In this document: positions 59,183 to 64,000 of the stretch, in pieces
Layout of the letters: each line of letters begins with the position of its first letter
Position numbering within the stretch: position 1 is the stretch's first letter
Source of the DNA: Lobosporangium transversale
Lineage: Eukaryota
Direction of reading: 5' to 3'
DNA length: 64,000 nt
NCBI RefSeq assembly: GCF_002105155.1
Contig: NW_019029010.1
Coordinates: forward strand, 186,001 to 250,000
Made by a program: the position numbers and the translations under genes
Notes under the pieces: model-generated
Told to the model about the DNA's origin: nothing
Databases searched by the model: none
Seen by the model: only the letters and a program-made list of their open reading frames with translations

Positions 59183-61718
59183 TTTGTTTTCTCCTGGTAA
59201 TGGGGAATTGCATAGATGGGTCACAGTGGTTTTTCAGGAGAAGATAATAAAAGATTGCGTGGTACACTCTGGCCATCTTTAACATCAGACACCATCTTGA
59301 GGGCTTTTTTGCGATCTAGTTGAGTTCTTATTGAATTTTGATGTCTTGCTGTTTTGTATTGTTTCATCAGGTTTAGAACGGCAGCCTTTGAGAAAAATTA
59401 AGGAAACTGAATGAGAACCATAAAAAAAAAAGGAAAAAAAAAAAAAAAAAAAAAAATATCACTTTACCCGAAAACATAGCATGCTGTAAATGGCATCCAT
59501 GCTTTGTGACAGCATATCAACTGACGACTCCAATCTTGTGGCCTTGTATTTAAATATGCGAGTGACGTTGACACCACTAAGACCCCAGGCCAGCCAAATC
59601 TGTTGTATTACAGGACCTAGAAATTGATTGATAAGAGGAAATGATAAGAGAAAAGTAAAAGGGGAAAAAAACGATATTGCAAAAACACTTACCACCAATT
59701 ACAAGACCTGGGACCACTGCCTTTCTCATCATATTCATGGAGCCAACCTCCCTTGTGCGATTCACTAGAATGTCATGGAGCTGTCGCGGGAGCTTCGAAG
59801 TACTCTCCACAATGTATTTATCGCCTGTTATATCCCATGCTTTAGCTGATTCAACAACAGCCCAGTCCATCTTAGGTTCGTTAAAAGAGCGCCAAAACAT
59901 GTCGCCTCTTTTTCCCATCTGCTTCTTTGTTGGCTTCTTCTCGTTGCTGGAGTATCGCCCAGCGTTCTTTCGAGCTGTTGACTCTATTCCAGCTAACTCG
60001 CCTGGTAGCATATAGCAGTGTGGGACACCTTGTGTAAGATGATCAAGAATCCCCCAAGCGTTCTCCTGCCACCAACGTTCAGGGAGCAGCGACCCAATTG
60101 TGAATGGTGATGGGTCCTGAGACTCGTAAATGAATAGCCTGGAAAGAAAAGAACATGTTACAAATGTCATCCCCAATTAACAAATAAAAGCAAAGGACTA
60201 GAGTTCATCAACACACCAGATTATTTACCAGTTAAGTAAGCACTTATAAATTAACTGACTCTCAACATCAACAGGTCGCTGTGATAGCTCAGAGTTTAGT
60301 TCGTCAAGATCATTTATATTGTCGAATTTGCTTAGATACTCATATGCCTCGGTAGGTATGGATTCGATATCTGGCGACATTTCACAAATTTCCTTCCAAT
60401 CATCCAACAGGAACTTTCCTTCTATCCATGGATCGTCAATATCAATCATGAATGAATGCACTGGACTTAAGACAATTGTTAAAGTCAAAAGAAAAAGCAA
60501 GATTGAATAAGTGCCAAAACAAGGCATGAAAGTGCAGGTTGAATGCAAAGAGTAACGCAGGACAGGCAGGATAGTGAACTCACTTTGAAACCACACACTC
60601 CATTCCAGCTTTATATAGTTCATCTTCGACTACAGTCCCTGAGCGCAAGACCCATTTTGGACCAAGCATGTTGAAACGGCGCTCAAAAGCTTCTTTTATG
60701 GCAGTATCGAATATCTACAAATAAATGTGACGAAGTTTAGTCCATGTACAACAAAGTAAGCTTAGCTAGATTTTCATTTCTCACTTACCCAATTTTTATT
60801 GGTCCTCCTCTTCTTCTGTGCAGGTGATAATTCCTCGTGTTGGCCTCGTTTCATTACTTCATCATCGCCTTCAAGACTCACGTAACCATCTACTTCGACG
60901 TCATCATCGTCACTTATAAAAGCCTGACATAAAATATGAGCATAAGTAAGAAATCACAAGATTCTACATGTTTCGTTAGTTTTAATAACCTTTTAGTACC
61001 TGTTCCTGTTGGAAACTCTGATGGCTTTGGCCTGCGTTCCAAAGAAAAAAAAATCAGCTTATGATCCATGTATAAATGTAATAATAATAATAATAATAAT
61101 AATACCATTATTATCAGGAGAACTGAGGGTCATGACATTCGCTATCCCAGTAAATGTCGAACGTGGCGGGGTGGTTGGGAGTGGGTCCTGATGTGTTGCC
61201 ACTAATTAAGAGATGAGTGAGATGCATTAGTGCAAAAATAATAATAATAATATCGTATCTGATAGTGATGCACATTTGTGCCCAGAGGACATGAGCATGA
61301 GTGTAACTGCATCAGGATACCAAATACAAAAGCTACTATAAGTTGCAGGATTACAAAATGTACCTTCTGGTTCACTTGGCTCAAGCTGTGACAAGTTTCG
61401 TTTGAAGGATCTTTCCACATAAGGTTCTGCTGTCTCAGCAAGTGAGCCTGCTGTCCTCATTGCTGAGAGATGTGTACGACGATCTAACCAGAATTTGTGT
61501 CCTTTATTTTTTTTCCAGTGTTCGAATTCATCCGCAAGCGCTTTCTTCTCAGCTCCTGATAGATTGTTGGATCTCGATTCTATCAGCAATATGTAACGTC
61601 GATGTGCCGTTGGTTTGTCGCACAATTCAAATCTGTCGAAAAAAGCTTCCGCTGACTTGTTCACAGCTGAATCGATCCATGACAACTCCAATTGCAGATT
61701 GGTCTCCGCCTCGGACAT
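59183..61718 (-). CDS. Multi-exon protein with a helical N-terminal header and a putative PD-(D/E)xK nuclease-fold C-terminus (Crinkler-REase-like)
   Basis: AFFDRF..HRRY..FW header; HSFMID, ERWW..W, GE..STARKN..GKRGD..AVVESAK..KLPRQLHDIL; GT-AG introns. Exact ends uncertain. Confidence 0.6.
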
Positions 61719-61820
61719 TGTAGAGGTAGCTATATTGCAGTCAAAATGAATGCTTCAGATATAGTACATGGCACCAAAACATAGTCTAAGACCCAGCTAT
61801 TGTCCAGTAGACTCCGAATG

Positions 61821-62156
61821 CAACAAGCGCACAGTGCCAAGAGAAAGTTTTCAACTTTGGGTCGATGCCACAAGCAACCAGCAGTAGGCACCAAGGAAGA
61901 AAACAAAACAAGTGACTGGTGTGGTTTCAAACTGAATGCATCTGCGATAAAACGTCGCAGGGCATAGAGCGTTGACATCAGAAAGTCTACTACATGCCAA
62001 CAAGCGCACAGTGCCAAGAGAAAGTTTTCAACTTTGGGTCGATGCCACAAGCAACCAGCAGTAGGCACCAAGGAAGAAAACAAAACAAGTGACTGGTGTG
62101 GTTTCAAACTGAATGCATCTGCGATAAAACATCACATGACATAGAGCGTTGAACAT
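61821..62156. repeat. Tandem duplication, 177-bp period
   Basis: CAACAAGCGCACAGTGCC.. at 61821 and 61998. Confidence 0.9.
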
Positions 62157-62295
62157 GCACAGCTTACAAGCACAGACAAAGAAATGTATCATCTTTCTGG
62201 GAGGCTCACAATATCGACTTACTTGATTAGGGGAAGTGCACTCTGAATATAGGAATGAAGCAAAGTGAGATGGATAATGCAAGAGGTCTGAATAG

Positions 62296-62298
<3 letters not shown>

Positions 62299-62358
<60 letters not shown>
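62299..62358. repeat. (GA)n microsatellite
   Basis: About 30 dinucleotide units. Confidence 0.95.
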
Positions 62359-62362
<4 letters not shown>

Positions 62363-63080
62363 GATGCGCAGAGAGGGAAGGGAAAAAAGAATACGAAGTG
62401 TGAATGGAAGTGTAAATAAACAAGTCATGCACTACTTAATCATTCAATTAAATAAATTGAACAAAATTACCTTGGATTAAACGCGTAAACGATCCGTAGC
62501 AGAGAGAGTGGGAAACGAAACGTAGAGGGGTAAATGAGAGGAAGCGATTGAAAGAAGGAGCGAGTGAAGAGAGTGGAAGAACGACGACGATTGAACTGGT
62601 GAATCAAGATCAAGAGTGGAAGATGATAAAAAAAAAAAGATTAAGTGCCGTGCGTGCAAATAAGAGACAGTAACGAGTGATGTGTGAGGAAAACAAGAGA
62701 AAGAATGATATTATATACAAGTGATTATGATTGATTGTGTTGAGCGGTAATTCAGTTACTGTGAGGGGGTAGATTGAGTATATGAGTGGATGGATGGAAA
62801 AGGTGAAGACAAAAGCAAAATGATGACGTAAATTTGCCCCGTACGTAACAGGCGATGTACGTGTTAATCAAAAAAAATAAATAATATTCTTTACACCCTT
62901 TTATTCCTATGGTTTTTTTTTTTTTTTCTCTCTCTTCTCTCTCTCCTCCAACATCATCTTCCAAACCATCTACTCGCTCTTCTTCATCACAATAACATTG
63001 GTACCTCCACTCTCCACATTTAATAACCAGATCACTGCCTATAACACCTAAATCAATTTATAAGCGTGCAATTACATCAG

Positions 63081-64000
63081 ATGACAAGAAATTAAGCTAT
63101 TTTGCATTCTCGACGGCAATTCAACTGCGTTTAAAGTCACAATTGCACTAGATTACGATGTAGATGATCTCAAAAAGGCCATCAAGAAGGAGAAGTCAAA
63201 GACTTTAAGTGACATAGACGCAAGCGACCTCATCCTCTGGCGTATCGCTATCCCTTCTTCCCCGGCAAGAACAATTAGACTCAACAATTGAACGAGCGAT
63301 GACACGAAGAACATGCTACCACAGAAACTGGAAGAGTCGGATGACCTCGTCTCGGACAAATTCGAGGCTATTCCTCAAAAAAAAACGATTCACGTCATTG
63401 CCCAACTATCAGCAGCGGCGGCATCAGGTATAACGCGATCATATGCTTATTTCATTTACTATTTATTTATTTTTCTGACCATTAACATCCATTTTTTTTA
63501 TATATATAGCAGGAGCCATAAATGTGCCTTCTACTACCCATTTTACAACGCCTATTAGTTGACCCTCTTCTTCATCTAGTAAGTTCCCTTTTGAACTTCA
63601 TTTATACTTAATATTTTATTTTATTGTGTTTTGTATTCTAACAGTTGAGTTTTTTTTTTTTTTTTTTGTATATAGCAATATTCGTTCAACACGATCAGAT
63701 TTATGCTACTCTGAAGCAAATCATCACCATCTCGCAAAAGAAACACAACACTCACAAGGTGGATGAAGCTATGATCGAACAGAGTCAAAAGGAAACATTC
63801 GGTCGCTTTTTTAAGTCCATTTTGCCGTATGGCCACACAGCAGAGGACATCAACTTGGCAATGTTTGGAAAGATAATTGATATGGAGCCAACAATCTCAT
63901 CCGATAATCATAAAATTTTGCTTGACATTGTTAAAGAAGACGCTAACAAATCAACCGATCACTGTGTCGTGGCAATGATTGGTCGATCAGGGTCAGGAAA
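63081..64000 (+). pseudogene. Crinkler pseudogene (Ubl domain plus start of a P-loop NTPase), runs off the window
   Basis: IKLFCILDG..DDLKKAIK..LILW..IHVIAQ with a frameshift at the start and TGA ~63289; last exon ends VVAMIGRSGSG(K). Confidence 0.78.

Overview
Eukaryotic, intron-containing, transposon-saturated window, most consistent with an early-diverging fungus (Mucoromycota, probably Mortierellaceae; inferred from Crinkler-type genes, DIRS families and the LSU rRNA fragment). It contains four families of DIRS-type tyrosine-recombinase retrotransposons: two near-identical inverted family A copies, one C, one D, a palindromic YR-only family B derivative and terminal remnants. Other mobile elements are a 5'-truncated Ty3/Gypsy chromovirus with an antisense extra ORF, a 5'-truncated canonical Helitron, two Tc1 elements (intact DD35E; decayed DD39E with long TIRs) and a MITE. 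It also holds an orphan 28S rDNA 3' fragment and several Crinkler/nuclease-fold effector-like (pseudo)genes. Most interesting are three diverged copies of a compact, intron-containing HUH-Rep/PIF1 (Helitron2/HLE2-like) gene. Both copies with a preserved 5' end sit next to a homologous gene predicted to have an SSB-like OB fold. A divergent alkyladenine-DNA-glycosylase-like domain occurs beside two copies and is spliced to the OB domain in one. Every DIRS copy has mutually unrelated left and right flanks, so the region is either a recombination patchwork or misjoined at repeats. All fold assignments are by eye and need profile or structure searches.
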